This document shows, piece after piece, positions 1-12,103 of a stretch of DNA of 64,000 bases (its first letter is position 1; every line of letters begins with the position of its first letter). Where the stretch lies: positions 2,108,001 to 2,172,000 of the forward strand of contig NC_081358.1 in NCBI RefSeq assembly GCF_030684315.1, in the 5' to 3' direction. Source of the stretch: Stegostoma tigrinum (taxonomy: Eukaryota). A program made the position numbers and the translations under genes. Under the pieces are notes generated by a model. The model made no database searches. It had not been told where the DNA came from and saw only the letters and a program-made list of their open reading frames with translations.

Positions 1-119
1 AAGACGCATTTAGACAGACACATGAACAGGCAGAGAATACGGCAATCAGACCACGTGCAGGCAGATGCGATTTGTTTAGAATGGCATCATGTTTCTGTGC
101 TGTACTCTTCTATGTTCTA
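1..119 (+). mobile_element. CR1 LINE 3' end fragment
   Basis: Ends in CTGTGCTGTACTCTTCTATGTTCTA, the CR1/HER1-type tail also seen at 49610-49638. Confidence 0.65.
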
Positions 120-976
120 AGTGGCCAAGTGGGAATGTAGTGCTTGAATTACTATCAATAGAGCGAAGGATATTTAAATGTTAGTTCATTCAGCAGGAAA
201 TGTGCATTTAATTTCCTCACAAGACAGAATTTCTCCAAATAACTCCCTGATAACAACATTTTATCCTAAGTCAATCCCTATGATTGAAGTTCAAATAGCT
301 CTCCCCATCCCTTATTATCAGCTTGTTTCTTATCCTCACCTCTTCTCCTCTACCTCCCTCCATCACAGAAGTTTGAACTCTGAACTGTGGGAGGAATGGA
401 TAACTCACTATTCCTTCCTGAATGACCCTTTGCACTTTAGTCCTGCACCACACTTATCCCACTCCTCTCCCATCTCACCTCTTACTTCTCTTCTTTAATT
501 CTGTTCAGATCCTCTCTTTACCATCATCTCTTCTTTCCTCTTCATTGCCCAATTCCTCTCTTTCTCTCTTCACTGTGTCTTCCTCTCCTTCCCTCCTCTT
601 CTCATCCTCCACTTCCCACCTTTAAATTGTCCCCACCTCCTGATATTGTCCTGCCTGGATTCAATCATTCTTCTGTAATATTTACACTTGTTTTCAGTCT
701 CCAAATGTGGGGACATTAAGCTGTACAGAGACTCTGAGGGAATGCCTCACTATGCACCATGGCTCTCAGCCCATTTGTTATTTCAGCAATCTTGCTGCGC
801 CTTGAGCTGGTTTGTTTAAAAGTCAGAAACTGTCATGATATCATCATGAAAGCTGTAATTTCTTAATCCAAATCAAACAAATGAGATCATTCCCAGTTCT
901 CCCATTCTTCAGATCCTACTGGCACCATCTGTGTAAGATGCTAGTGCCTGGATACGAAAAAAAAACTCCCAAGTTC

Positions 977-1171
977 AGGATAATAAAGTGTGGAGCTGGA
1001 TGAACACAGCAGGCCAAACAGCATCTCAGGAGCACAAAAGCTGACGTTTCGGGCCTAGACCCTTCATCAGAGAGGGGATGGGGTGAGGGTTCTGGAATAA
1101 ATAGGGAGAGAGGGGGAGGCGGACCGAAGATGGAGAGAAAAGAAGATAGGCCTGCAGTTCCCATTATCTCT
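977..1171 (-). mobile_element. Short Penelope-like element (family A pseudo-LTR plus inverted tail) with hammerhead motif
   Basis: Nearly identical to 12104-12272; flanked by direct repeat TCCCAAGTTC at 967-976 and 1172-1181. Confidence 0.85.
1039..1074 (-). ncRNA. Minimal type I hammerhead ribozyme motif (PLE-type)
   Basis: Minus strand reads ct-CTGATGA-a-GGGTCTAGGCCC-GAAAC-GTC-ag: conserved core, helix II hairpin and GUC triplet; helix I is very short. Confidence 0.7.
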
Positions 1172-2323
1172 TCCCAAGTTCGGTGCCAGCTTCCAGCAGT
1201 AACTGGCTTTTTGCTGCTGCTGTTCTGCTGATTGAAGACAGAATGCTGTGCCCTGGGGAATTGTGGATGAGTGAAGACTGGAAGAAGCTAGATGTTACCC
1301 ATTTAGAGGGTGCTGTGCCCCAGAGAAGCCAGTCAGACCCCTTAATTATCTTGCCTTGTTTTTCTTTTAAACACTAAAGTGAAGACATGAATCTAGATGT
1401 TCAATTGCAAAGTAACTTCACTTTACCTTGTTCTACGTGTGACCATGGTGTTACTATGTCACAGTGGCAACATCTTGCTCAATGATCAAAACATCAACCA
1501 ATAAACTGAAAGCAAAATAAGGTAATGAAATGTTTCCAGTACTGATATGGTCTCATTAACTAAATCTACACAGCTGCATGTTGTCTTGACAAAGTAAAAT
1601 GCAAAGCAATGAAAAATACTATGCAGGCAAGGAAAGAAAATGATTATTTAAAGCTTTCGGAAGATACTTGTAAAGATGATTGGAAACAGAAAATAATAAT
1701 TTTACCTTGTCTACTGTGCCACCTAGTGACAATATATTGCAACTGAGGACAACTGAGCAGGAGAGAAAGGCAGGGTTTGTCAAAAAACTATAAGACATAA
1801 GAGTAGATGTACGCCATTCAGCACATTGAGACTGCTCTGTCATTTAATGAGATCATGGCTGCTGATAATCCTCAACTCCACTTGCCTGTCTTTTCCCCCT
1901 AACCCTAGTTTCCCTTACTGATTTGTGGATGGTGATTCCTGATTCCCTTTGTTCTGTAGCTTTCTACAGACTTTTTCTATTTAAATAATTTCCAGCTCCC
2001 CAATTCTTCCTGCCAAAATGCACACCCTCACAATTCCCCAATTGTATTCCATCTGCCCACTCACTTAACCTTGCAACTGATTGGAAAATACTTTCAAAGA
2101 ACGCACGCATATTGGACCAAATAGCTTCCTTCTGTTTCATAAAATTCTATGTTTCTGTTGGTTAATGGTCCAATGGGAAATACAGGTCATTTTGATCTTC
2201 AAACGAAGGTTAAAATGGTAGATGATAAAATCAGGATTAATTGTTTAACTTGTTAACCAATGAGCTGAGTAAACCTTCCTTTCCATAAGAAATAGGATAC
2301 ATATTAGAAAGATTTCTGATATC

Positions 2324-2606
2324 TGGTGGCTCAGTGGTTAGCACTACTGCCTCACAGTACCAGGGACCTGGGTTTGATTCCAGCATCAGGCTACTGTCTG
2401 TGTGGAGTTTGCACATCCTCCCCGTGTCTGCGTGAGTTTCCTGCCACAGTCCAAAGATATGCAGGCCAGTTGGATTGGCCATGCTAAATTGCCCATAGTG
2501 TTCAGGGATGTGTAGATTAGGGAATGGGTCTGGGTGGGTTGCTCTGAGGTTCAGTGTGGACTTGTTGGGCTGAAGGGCCTGTTTCCACACTGTAGGGATT
2601 CTATGA
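2324..2606 (+). mobile_element. tRNA-derived V-SINE (HE1-like)
   Basis: A box TGGCTCAGTGG, B-box-like GGTTTGATTCC, V-domain GTGTGGAGTTTGCACAT, tail GAAGGGCCTGTTTCCACACTGTAGGGATTCTATG. Confidence 0.9.
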
Positions 2607-3304
2607 TTTGTTATATAGGTTCACATTTCCAGTGGCTTCCCATCTATTGCTTAATAATGTAGAAGTAGCAAAACTTAGTATTTTTAAAACATCTCACAAG
2701 CTTTAAACTTATGAAACGGTTGATGTATTGAACATTTTCACTTGCATGTGAGTTTAAAATCAGAGGCAATAATAATGGGGTTTCAGGGGAAACTCCTTTA
2801 CCCAGAGAATAATGACAATTTGGAACTTATTACCAATATTCATTCAAAGCTGTATAGTCTGCACAAGCTGTCCCCTTTAAGTTACTGTAAATGCATAACT
2901 GAGCAAAAAACTTTAAAACTGCCATTCCAAAGGATCAGCGCTGCCGGACTGCCGCACTGACAGAGGGTCAGGATTGAGGGAGTTCTGCGCTGTTAAATCT
3001 TCAGTATTGAATATATCACATCCTCTAGTGGTGGAGTACCCCACCCCTCCCGAAACAAAGGTGCATAACACTAAAATTAAAGCCCAAACACTCTGGGAAT
3101 GACATGAGAAAGTGCTTCATCACATAAACGTTAGTAGAAATCTGAAGCTCTCTCCCCAGTTGAGACTGGAGGTTGATTGAAAATTTTAAAGTAGAAATTG
3201 AAAAGTTTTTGATGGGTAAGGGGATTAAAGTTATGGAACTAAGGTGGGCTAATTTGAATTTGATCATGGATCAGGGATCATTTAATTAAATGAGGGTAGA
3301 ATTT

Positions 3305-3670
3305 GGCTTATGGTAGTGTCACTGCGCTAAGTAGCTCTGAAGCCCAGCCTAATGCTCACAGGAAATGGGTTCAAACCCCACCATAGAAACTGGAGGAATC
3401 TCGATTTCAATCATTAATGTGGAATATAATACTAGTCTCAATAATGGTTACCATTCCAACAATTGTTGTAAAATCTCATCCAATGACCTGTATGGAAAGA
3501 AATCTGCAACCTTACCTGGTCTACACATGATTTCAGGCACAGTTATATGCTTAACTCTTAACTGATCTCTGCAGAGACCTAGGATCTCATTCAGTTCAAA
3601 GGCAATCGGTGATAATCAACAAATGCTGGTCCTGTCAGCGACACCCATATCCCATGAAAGAATGAGGAAA
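3305..3670 (+). mobile_element. tRNA-derived SINE with a 3' tail shared with the CR1/L2-type LINE family
   Basis: B box GGTTCAAACCC; tail AAATGCTGG...ACACCCATATCCCATGAAAGAATG matches LINE ends at 15650, 25030 and 34335; related to 37585-37927. Confidence 0.65.
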
Positions 3671-3937
3671 ACAATAGTCTTGAACGGTCTCCTGTTCCCA
3701 GGTTTTTATGCTTGGTGTATAATCAAGGCACAAAGCTTGACCTGTGCATTAAGCATGAATGAAGTAGACTTATGCCCTCAGCCGTCACACTGTTTGCAGG
3801 GCATCCCGAAATCAGAGGCATCCAAGGAAGCTGTGTTTAAACTGGGCATTCTATCAGGAAAGACAGTGTGAAGCTGAAATGAAATTCTGGAAGGGAAAAA
3901 AATACTGGTTGCTGAGGAAGGGAGGAGGTTTTGGAGA

Positions 3938-4113
3938 CTGGTTGCTAGGGTCTGCTGGTTGCTAGGTGGATGGCAGTTGTTAAATGGAGATTGGTTGCTA
4001 GGGGCAGCTGGTTGCTAAGGGGAGAACAGTTGTTAGGAGGAGGTTGGTTGCTAGGAGGCGCTTGGTTACTACGAAGGAGGGTAGTTGTTAGGAGGACGCT
4101 GGTTGCTAGGAGG
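3938..4113 (+). repeat. Degenerate ~18-bp tandem array of GTTGCTAGG-like motifs (RFX X-box half-site-like)
   Basis: Cores at 3941, 3958, 3976, 3994, 4011, 4029, 4047, 4065, 4084 and 4102 (spacing 17-19 bp). Confidence 0.75.
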
Positions 4114-4229
4114 AGAGTGGGTGGGGTGGGAAGCGTGCGGAGCCTGGGAGGTCTGGATGACTAGTTCTCTCAGAGCTCGGAGTCTCTTGGCTGGCTTGTG
4201 ATTTCCTTGTCATTGATGATGTTGCTGTG

Positions 4230-4630
4230 GTGACGGTGGCCGTTCTCCTCGGCCCCGAGAGCGCGAAGCCCCGGCCCCAGCCGCTACCGAGAGCCGGAGG
4301 CTCAGGCTGGGCCTCGGCCCGGCAACAGCAGGAGTCGGACCGACGGTGTGAGGGCTGGCCGGACCGATATGGCAGTGAAGACCCGAAGCTGGAGCCGGGG
4401 CCGGGCCTTGGCCGAGGATACGGAGCGCAGCCCTGCCTCCGGGAACAGGCCCACGACCAAAGCCGCCAGCCCGCGGCGGGAGCGCCGAAAGGAGTGTGCG
4501 GTCCCCAAGAATAAACCCTCCGCCGTGGGACACTCCGGCAAATGGGTAACCGGCATCCGAGGGCCGCTAGGACTCACCGACTCGGCGCTCAGCAGCTTGG
4601 GGACTACCATCGTCCTGGGTGAGGGGCGGG
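4230..4630. promoter_or_regulatory. CpG island over the 5' UTR and exon 1 of the DPY19L1-like gene
   Basis: Abrupt GC- and CpG-rich stretch in an otherwise AT-rich, CpG-depleted window, overlapping the start codon. Confidence 0.8.
4369..4618 (+). CDS. dpy19l1l: DPY19L1-like coding exon 1 (MAVKTRSW...SLGTTIVL, ends phase 1)
   Basis: ATG in context GATATGG inside the CpG island; basic N-terminus leading into the first TM segment; donor CTGG|GTGAGG; phase matches exon 2. Confidence 0.85.
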
Positions 4631-4644
4631 AGAGGGGTGGGGGG

Positions 4645-6490
4645 GGAGTGCAGACTGGAATATGGGGGATGGTGGGGGGGAGTGCAGACTGGAATATGGG
4701 GGGTGGGGGGGGGGAGTGCAGACTGGAATATGGGGGGTGGTGGGGGGGGGAGTGCAGACTGGAATATGGGGGGTGGTGGGGGGGAGTGCAGACTGGAATA
4801 TGGGGGGTGGTGGGGGGGGGGAGAGTGCAGACTGGAATATGGGGGGTGGTGGGGGGGAGTGCAGACTGGAATATGGGGGGTGGTGGGGGGGAGTGCAGAC
4901 TGGAATATGGGGGGTGGGGGGGGGAGTGCAGACTGGAATATGGGGGGTGGGGGGGGGGAGTGCAGACTGGAATATGGGGGGTGGAGTGCAGACTGGAATA
5001 TGGGGGGTGGGGGGGGGGAGTGCAGACTGGAATATGGGGGGTGGTGGGGGGGGGAGTGCAGACTGGAATATGGGGGGTGGTGGGGGGGAGTGCAGACTGG
5101 AATATGGGGGGTGGTGGGGGGGGGGAGAGTGCAGACTGGAATATGGGGGGTGGTGGGGGGGAGTGCAGACTGGAATATGGGGGGTGGTGGGGGGGAGTGC
5201 AGACTGGAATATGGGGGGTGGGGGGGGGAGTGCAGACTGGAATATGGGGGGTGGGGGGGGGGAGTGCAGACTGGAATATGGGGGGTGGAGTGCAGACTGG
5301 AATATGGGGGGTGGGGGGGGGGAGTGCAGACTGGAATATGGGGGGTGGGGGGGGGGAGTGCAGACTGGAATATGGGGGGTGGGGGGGGGAGTGCAGACTG
5401 GAATATGGGGGGTGGGTGGGGGGGGGGGGAGTGCAGACTGGAATATGGGGGGTGGGTGGGGGGGGGGGAGTGCAGACTGGAATATGGGGGGTGGGTGGGG
5501 GGGGGGGAGTGCAGACTGGAATATGGGGGGTGGGTGGGGGGGGGGGAGTGCAGACTGGAATATGGGGGGTGGGTGGGGGGGGGGGAGTGCAGACTGGAAT
5601 ATGGGGGGTGGGGGGGGGGAGTGCAGACTGGAATATGGGGGGTGGGGGGGGGGGAGTGTAGACTGGAATATGGGGGGTGGGGGGGGGAGTGTAGACTGGA
5701 ATATGGGGATCGGGGGGGGGAGTGAAGACTGGAATATGGGGATCGGGGGGGGGGAGTGTAGACTGGAATATGGGGATCGGGGGGGAGTGTAGTCTGGAAT
5801 ATGGGGGGTGGGGGGGGAGTGCAGACTGGAATATGGGGGGTGGGGGGGGGGAGTGCAGACTGGAATATGGGGGGTGGGGGGGGGAGTGCAGACTGGAATA
5901 TGGGGGGTGGGGGGGGGAGTGTAGACTGGAATATGGGGGGTGGGGGGGGGGGAGTGTAGACTGGAATATGGGGGGTGGGGGGGGAGTGTAGACTGGAATA
6001 TGGGGGGTGGGGGGGGGAGTGTAGACTGGAATATGGGGATCGGGGGGGGGAGTGTAGACTGGAATATGGGGATCGGGGGGGGGAGTGTAGACTGGAATAT
6101 GGGGATCGGGGGGGGGGAGTGTAGACTGGAATATGGGGATCGGGGGGGGGAGTGTAGACTGGAATATGGGGATCGGGGGGGAGTGTAGTCTGGAATATGG
6201 GGGGTGGGGGGGGGAGTGCAGACTGGAATATGGGGATCGGGGGGGGAGTGTAGACTGGAATATGGGGTGTGGGGGGGGGGGAGTGTAGACTGGAATATGG
6301 GGACCTGGGGGGTGGTGGGGGGGCAGTGCAGACTGGATATAGGGATTTGGGGGAGTGTAGTGTAGACTGGATTACGGGGAGCTGGGAGGGTGAGGTGTAG
6401 TGTAGCCTGGATTACGGGGATGTGGGGTGGGATTGTAGACTGGAATATGGGGACCTGGGGAGGGGTGGGGTAGTGTCGACTGGAATAAGG
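4645..6490 (+). repeat. G-rich minisatellite, ~30-36 bp unit (GAGTG[C/T]AGACTGGAATATGGGGGGTGGGGGGG), about 50 copies, start of intron 1
   Basis: Directly visible repeat with a constant AGACTGGAATAT core and variable G-tracts; degenerates towards 6490. Confidence 0.97.
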
Positions 6491-6759
6491 GGAGCAGAGG
6501 GCAGGGAGGGGGTTTGGACTTGGTGATTGGGTTGACGGGGCGATGGGTATCGGGAAAGAGGGGTGGTGGGCCAGATTTTACACTGTGCCATATGTCAATT
6601 CTTTTATTGTACAAAGTAGGAGCTGATGGTGTAAGGGAAATCGACAGCACAAGTTGAAGTTTAACCGTCTGGCCGAAAGGCGAGTTTGTGAAAATGGTTC
6701 TTTTTTACTCTGTTGGCTGAATGGCCTGCAAGGGACGGTGCTGGAGTCTTGATTTTTGA

Positions 6760-8810
6760 AAATTCATATCAATCACTTAGACGAGGGGAGTGTTGGCATG
6801 GCAGCTAGATTTGAAGATGATTCCGGGACAAGTGGGAAAGCGTGTTGCAAACAGCACATACAAAGATTGTGTGTTGATTATTGGTTAGTTGTGTGAGTTG
6901 GCAGAAATTTGGCAGATCTAGTATAATGTGGGGAAAGTATGAAGTTGTTCTTGTTGCCCTTCCTGCTGAAATGAACAGTGTTACATGCAGATAATGGTTG
7001 CAGAATTCCAAGGTGAAGAAGGACCTTGTTGTTTTAAGACCTAAGTCACAAAAAATTTAGTATGCAGGTTCAAAAAGTAATTAAGAATTATAATTGGATG
7101 CTGTCCTTTTTTCAAATGAGGAATTGAACAAGTAAAATGAGGATGTTATGCTTAAGTTATACACTTCTTTGTAAGACTATATCTCGAAAGTGTGCAAGTT
7201 TTGTCTCCTGCTTTAAAAAAGCTGTTGACAAGAAGTTTGCTAGATTGATAACATAGAAACTACGAGCAGGGGTAAGCTGTTGGTTCTTCGAGCCTGCTCT
7301 GCCATTCAGTCAGATCATGCCTGATCTCTTTCTCAGTGCCATTTTCTTACATTTCTCTATGCCCCTTGATGCTTTTGAAATCTGAAAACAATATCTCTCG
7401 TGTATATATTCAGTAACTTGGCCTTCGCAACCTTTTCTGGTGGGAATTCCACAGGTTCACTACCTTAGAGCATTCTCACGTTCTCTCTGTTTCTAGACTG
7501 TCCAACCCTGTTGGAATTTTATACGTTTTAATCAGATTTCCCTCATTCTCCTAAATCCCAGAGAATATAGGTTCAGTTGAACTACTCTCTCCACATAGGA
7601 CAAATCTGCAGTTTTGCGTCATGAACCTCTGCTGCACTCTGTATGGCAAATATATCCTTTTCTTAGATAGGGCATGCAAACCACATATAGTACTCAACAT
7701 GTGTTCTCAAGAAGAACCTGTACAACTGCAGTAAGGCATCCCTACTTCTGAACTCAAATGCTCTTGCAATGTCGGCCAATACACTATTTACTTTCCAAAC
7801 TGCTTAGCACTCTGGCCTACCTGTCACTGCCCGGCATTTTATGGCAGTGACCTTATCGTTTCTGTTAGTGCTTGCCAAATTTCCTGGTATTACATTTTTA
7901 TAGTGGACTCAATCACTTTTTGCACTACTAATGTTAGGTTAACACACAAAAAGTCCTCACTGCAAAGCTGGGCAGAAACCATAGTGTTCCATTGTTACAG
8001 TGGCAGGTTTCTGGATTGATATGGATGGCGCTTTCTAAGGTGGCATGGTGGCTCAGTGGTTATCACTGCTACCTCTCAGCGCCAGGAACCCAGGTTTGAA
8101 AACACCGTCAGGTGACTGTCCGTGTGGAGTTTGCACATTCTCCATGTGTCTGCGTGGGTTCCCTCTGGGTGCTTCGGTTTCCTCCCACAGTCCAAAGATG
8201 TGCAGGCGAGATGGATCGGCCATGCTGAATTACCCGTAGTGTTCAGGGATGTTTGGGTTAGCTGGGTTAATTGGGGGGATGGGTCGGTGTGGGCTTGTTG
8301 GGCTGAAGAACTTGTTTCCACACTGTAGGGATTCTATTGGAATAATCTGTAGTTCTCTGTATTTTCTCTCTCTCTCTCTTCTCTCTCTCTCCCCCCGCCC
8401 CCCCTTTAAATGGGAGTTTACATTTGTTTTGTTCAAAATCTGAAGGAACTGCTACCGATAACTGGAATAAGTGAGTTATCTTGGATTGGATAGAATTGCC
8501 ACACTTGGTTTGTTTCCCATGGAATTTTGAAGAGTGAGGGTTAATTTGATTGAAATGTGTAAGATCCTGAATATGTAAAAGACGTTTCCTCCTGTGGCTG
8601 AGTCCAAAACTTGGAGCACTATTTTACATTCAGGGATTGCCCTTTTATGGCAGAGGTGAGGAATATTTTTGAAGAATTGTGAAGTTTTGGAACTCGGTGC
8701 CTCAAAAGGAAGTAGAGGTGTAAGAATTTGATATTTTTAAGGCAGAGATTGATTTACCTAACAAGAATCTATCTATGGTTATTAGGGTGGTTGAGAAAGT
8801 AGAATTTGAA
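6760..8810. mobile_element. Old nested CR1 fragments (plus 6760-7250 and 8445-8810; minus 7251-7810) interrupted by a SINE
   Basis: Degenerate CR1 ORF2 C-terminal motifs on both strands; many stops. Confidence 0.55.
8039..8337 (+). mobile_element. V-SINE (HE1-like)
   Basis: GGTGGCATGGTGGCTCAGTGG head, V-domain GGTTTCCTCCCACAGTCCAAAGATGTGCAGG, same tail as 2324-2606; followed by (CT)n at ~8364-8391. Confidence 0.9.
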
Positions 8811-9591
8811 ACAATGGGAGGGGAGCAGGATTGAATATGAAGTTGATGGGGAAATAGCTGGAGGATGTTAATTGAGAGGAGTGAGACAGGCAAAGGGGCA
8901 AGGAATGGATTGGGGAAAACTCTTGGGGGCCATGATCTTGTTAGTAGTAAGGAAGGGAGGTGGAGCTTTGAGTGTGGAGGTGAAAATACGTGGGATGAAT
9001 TAGGAGCCAACAAATGATGGAGAAAAATTTAGAGTCCACCACACAACTGGGAGAGGCGAGAAGAGAAGTGACTAGATGATGGAGGAACTCCTGAGACCTA
9101 AGTATGGCAGTAACTTCAAGCGCTAGTAACTAATGTGTTTGCATGCCAATCAGCGTGCATTGCAGGGAACATCAAGTCTTGCTCCTCTTAATTAGTTGGC
9201 ACAGTAGTCAATAATCAGGCCTAGATTTAAAAGTTATTGGTGAAATGTCTGCGGGAATGTGATTTATTTTCACCCATCAGGTAGTGGGAATCTGGAACTC
9301 GCTGTTTTAAAAGTTGGTGACACGTAAACCAGTATCACAATTAAGAAGTGACTTGGATCTACACATATATTGGTTGGAAGATGGATCAGATTGTGTAGTA
9401 TTGTTAGTTGACATAGTGGATTGGTTGACTTCATTCTGAGCCCTAAATTTCCATGTTTCTAACTGCAATCCACACAACTTTTAAATATTATATCATGTGT
9501 TTGAGAAGACAGGTATTTTAAATTGTTAGGAATAGTTTAAGTCCCTTCATTTATAACTTGCTTCTGGTCTTTTCTGTTCCTCCTTTTACAG

Positions 9592-9616
9592 CTATCATTG
9601 CAGGAATTTTACATTG
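9592..9616 (+). CDS. dpy19l1l: DPY19L1-like exon 2, 25-nt microexon (AIIAGILHW)
   Basis: Polypyrimidine tract plus TTTTACAG acceptor and TG|GTAAGT donor; matches the conserved A..A..LHW segment. Confidence 0.88.
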
Positions 9617-12103
9617 GTAAGTGTTATTGATTACTTTGCAGATGTCTACTTTGGATTTTTAGGAAGTCTAACGTGTAGAAAAGTTGCTGCTGTCTTGCAT
9701 TGAATGAGTTTTGGTTTCTTGAATCAATTGACTTGCTCTTTGAATAATTTTAATGTGACAAAGCAATTTATATTTGCACTTGTGCATAAAAGTTATGTTA
9801 GTTAAGGTAAGAAATAAGATCAGATGGAGACTAATTTCCTTAGTATTATTCAAGTATTGACATCTGTAAACTTAGCAAATTTCAAAAATAGCACAAACTA
9901 TTTAAAAATTAGGTAGTTTATGTTTTTTACATAGATAAAGACAGCATTTGTGAAATTATTGGCATGTGGCTAAAGTTTTGTTTAGCAGTCGTCATAAGAA
10001 TTCAGAATACCGAAAAGGAATTGCTTTATTACTGGTTTATCAGAACTGGCAGTACCAGCAGATAGTGTAAACTGCAGTGATTGAGTGCCAGTTTAACAAT
10101 TCATTTACTTTTCCAGGAGATTCGGTGAAGCAGGATTGGGATATGTAAAGTTGTTCTAAGGAGATGATATTTTCCCACAGCAATTATTAGTTTAATTTGT
10201 TTTAACATGTAGTTAAACATAATAGTGCTGATATTTGCTCTGTTTCTCAATAAGTAGTTGTGTAACATTTTATTAGGCAATGTCCGTTTGAACAAACATC
10301 TTTTTGAATTTTAGTGTGATGTTGTCAAATTAATCACTGGTTAAATTTTATCCCATTAAGAAGTTGAAATGAAGTTTGGGGATTTTTTTGAACAAAGTCT
10401 CATTGGGAAAGCGAGAAGACTAAGACCATTGGGAGAAATTTATACTACCACAGTACAAAAGGAGATTGGTGCACCAAGAGAGAACTGGAAAGGAGGCAAA
10501 ATACCAGAACATTCTTCTGATATTGCAACAAAAGAGGGATAGTCAGGGAGTAAGTCTAAATTCTCAGGAACCGAAGTGCATGATGTGCAGCGCAGAGGAG
10601 ATAATTAATGTGCTAAAACATCTGTACTGGGAATTTTATCAAAGGTAAAAAGCAATGTGGTTTTATTCCACTTCAGACACTTGTCCTCTGTGATCTGAGA
10701 GTTTTGTGTGAAACATTGTTACTGGTTGGGTGATGGGGATGAAATCTAATTCATTCCTCAACGGAGCTTGAATGCACCTAGAAACGATGGAAGTGAGATT
10801 TGGTAGTTCTTGAGAGAGTGCCATTAGCCAGTGGAGATTTTTCAAAGTGTACTTCTTTGTTTAACATAAACTAGATGACCAGTGATTTATTAGTCTGATA
10901 TGACTTATGGCCAGATTCTTAAATCTTAATTCATGTTAAAATTAGAAAGTGTCCACGTAGGCATGAGTTAATCAAGGAGGATCACTGCTAATTTGTTCAA
11001 GGCATGTCATGCTTGACAAATGTGAAACAAAAATAGATATACATTTCTATAGCCTCTTTTGTGATGTCAAGCTGACCAAGCGAGTTCTGGAAGTGCAGTC
11101 ACTTTTGTAATGTAGGATACACAATAATAAGGCTGTGGGCAGCCAGCACCTGCAGTGAGAGAAACAGATAATCTGTTCTCATGGTAACCTTCAAGATCTT
11201 GGCTAGATTGGAGAACAAAAGTAAAGTACACAGAATGTGAGAAACAAATTTAGGGCCCAGTTAAGAGTTTCTATTCATACTGCTGATCAACAGGTTGCCA
11301 GGTCTGGTAACTCCATGACTGGCAGATGACTAGTTGTTGTCCGGAAGTAGCTGCCTGTGTCCTTCAAAAGTATGAGATCAGGTGGCTTAAGGGTATTTTC
11401 CATCTAATTTTCTTAAATTAATAGACCATAGTTTTCAGCAATACAACAAACAAAACAAGTTCTTCCACCTCATATACACAACAAGCCTGGGGAAATATCA
11501 GATTAATGTGTCACTGCTAATAATTTGCTTGCTTTCAGTTATCATATAGTTAGTTACTTTTCTTCTGTTCTCTGTAGTTATCTTCAAGCATATGAGATTG
11601 GAGACTTTAATATATTGTTTGAAAACCGTTTACCAGTTAAGTTTAAATTTTTTAGATGGCTTGACACTGAAAAGCTGTTTCCCCTTGGCTGGAGAGTCTA
11701 ATGATTAGAGTCATAAACTCAAAACAGACACTATTTAAAACGCGGACTAGGAAAAATTTCTTAACTGAGTATTATGAATCTTCAGAATTGTCTATCCCAT
11801 GTGCTGTGAGTGCTTAGTCATTGAATACATTCTGCTCTGAGATCAAATCGATTATAATAATCTCAGGGAATCAAAATATATCAGGACAGCCCGGAAAGTG
11901 GTAAGAAGGTAGAAGTTTCAAAGGTGATATTATTGAATGGCAGTTCATGCTGGTGGGTATGTATGATCTCTACCTGCTCATTTTAAGGTTGTTAGCTACA
12001 GCATGTGTGATAGAATTAACTTGTCTGTTAAATCAACAGCAGCTTTCCTGAACATTTTTTAAACATTGCTTCCAGAGTTCAGAACAAACTAATTTTGCTC
12101 TAA

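Noticed and set aside
330-640. Pyrimidine-rich tract (similar skew at 8820-9090 and 19490-19680)
   Set aside because: Low-complexity or highly decayed repeat; I cannot assign a family or function.
2324-2395. tRNA-like A/B boxes (also at 8039, 37900, 61860, 62720)
   Set aside because: They are SINE heads followed by V-domain or LINE-derived tails, with no complete cloverleaf.
4348-6188. Long Gly/Trp-rich ORFs (437, 368, 376 aa and shorter)
   Set aside because: These are translations of the stop-poor minisatellite in all three frames. Only 4369-4618 is coding, and it ends at a canonical donor in phase with exon 2.
4645-6490. CRISPR-like repeat/spacer appearance
   Set aside because: The intervening sequences are G-tracts rather than unique spacers, there are no cas genes, and the context is a vertebrate intron.
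11035-11180. Ancient DeuSINE-like fragments (also ~2960, 20870-21050, 25540-25700, 46450)
   Set aside because: Similarity is recalled and too degenerate to support boundaries without an alignment.
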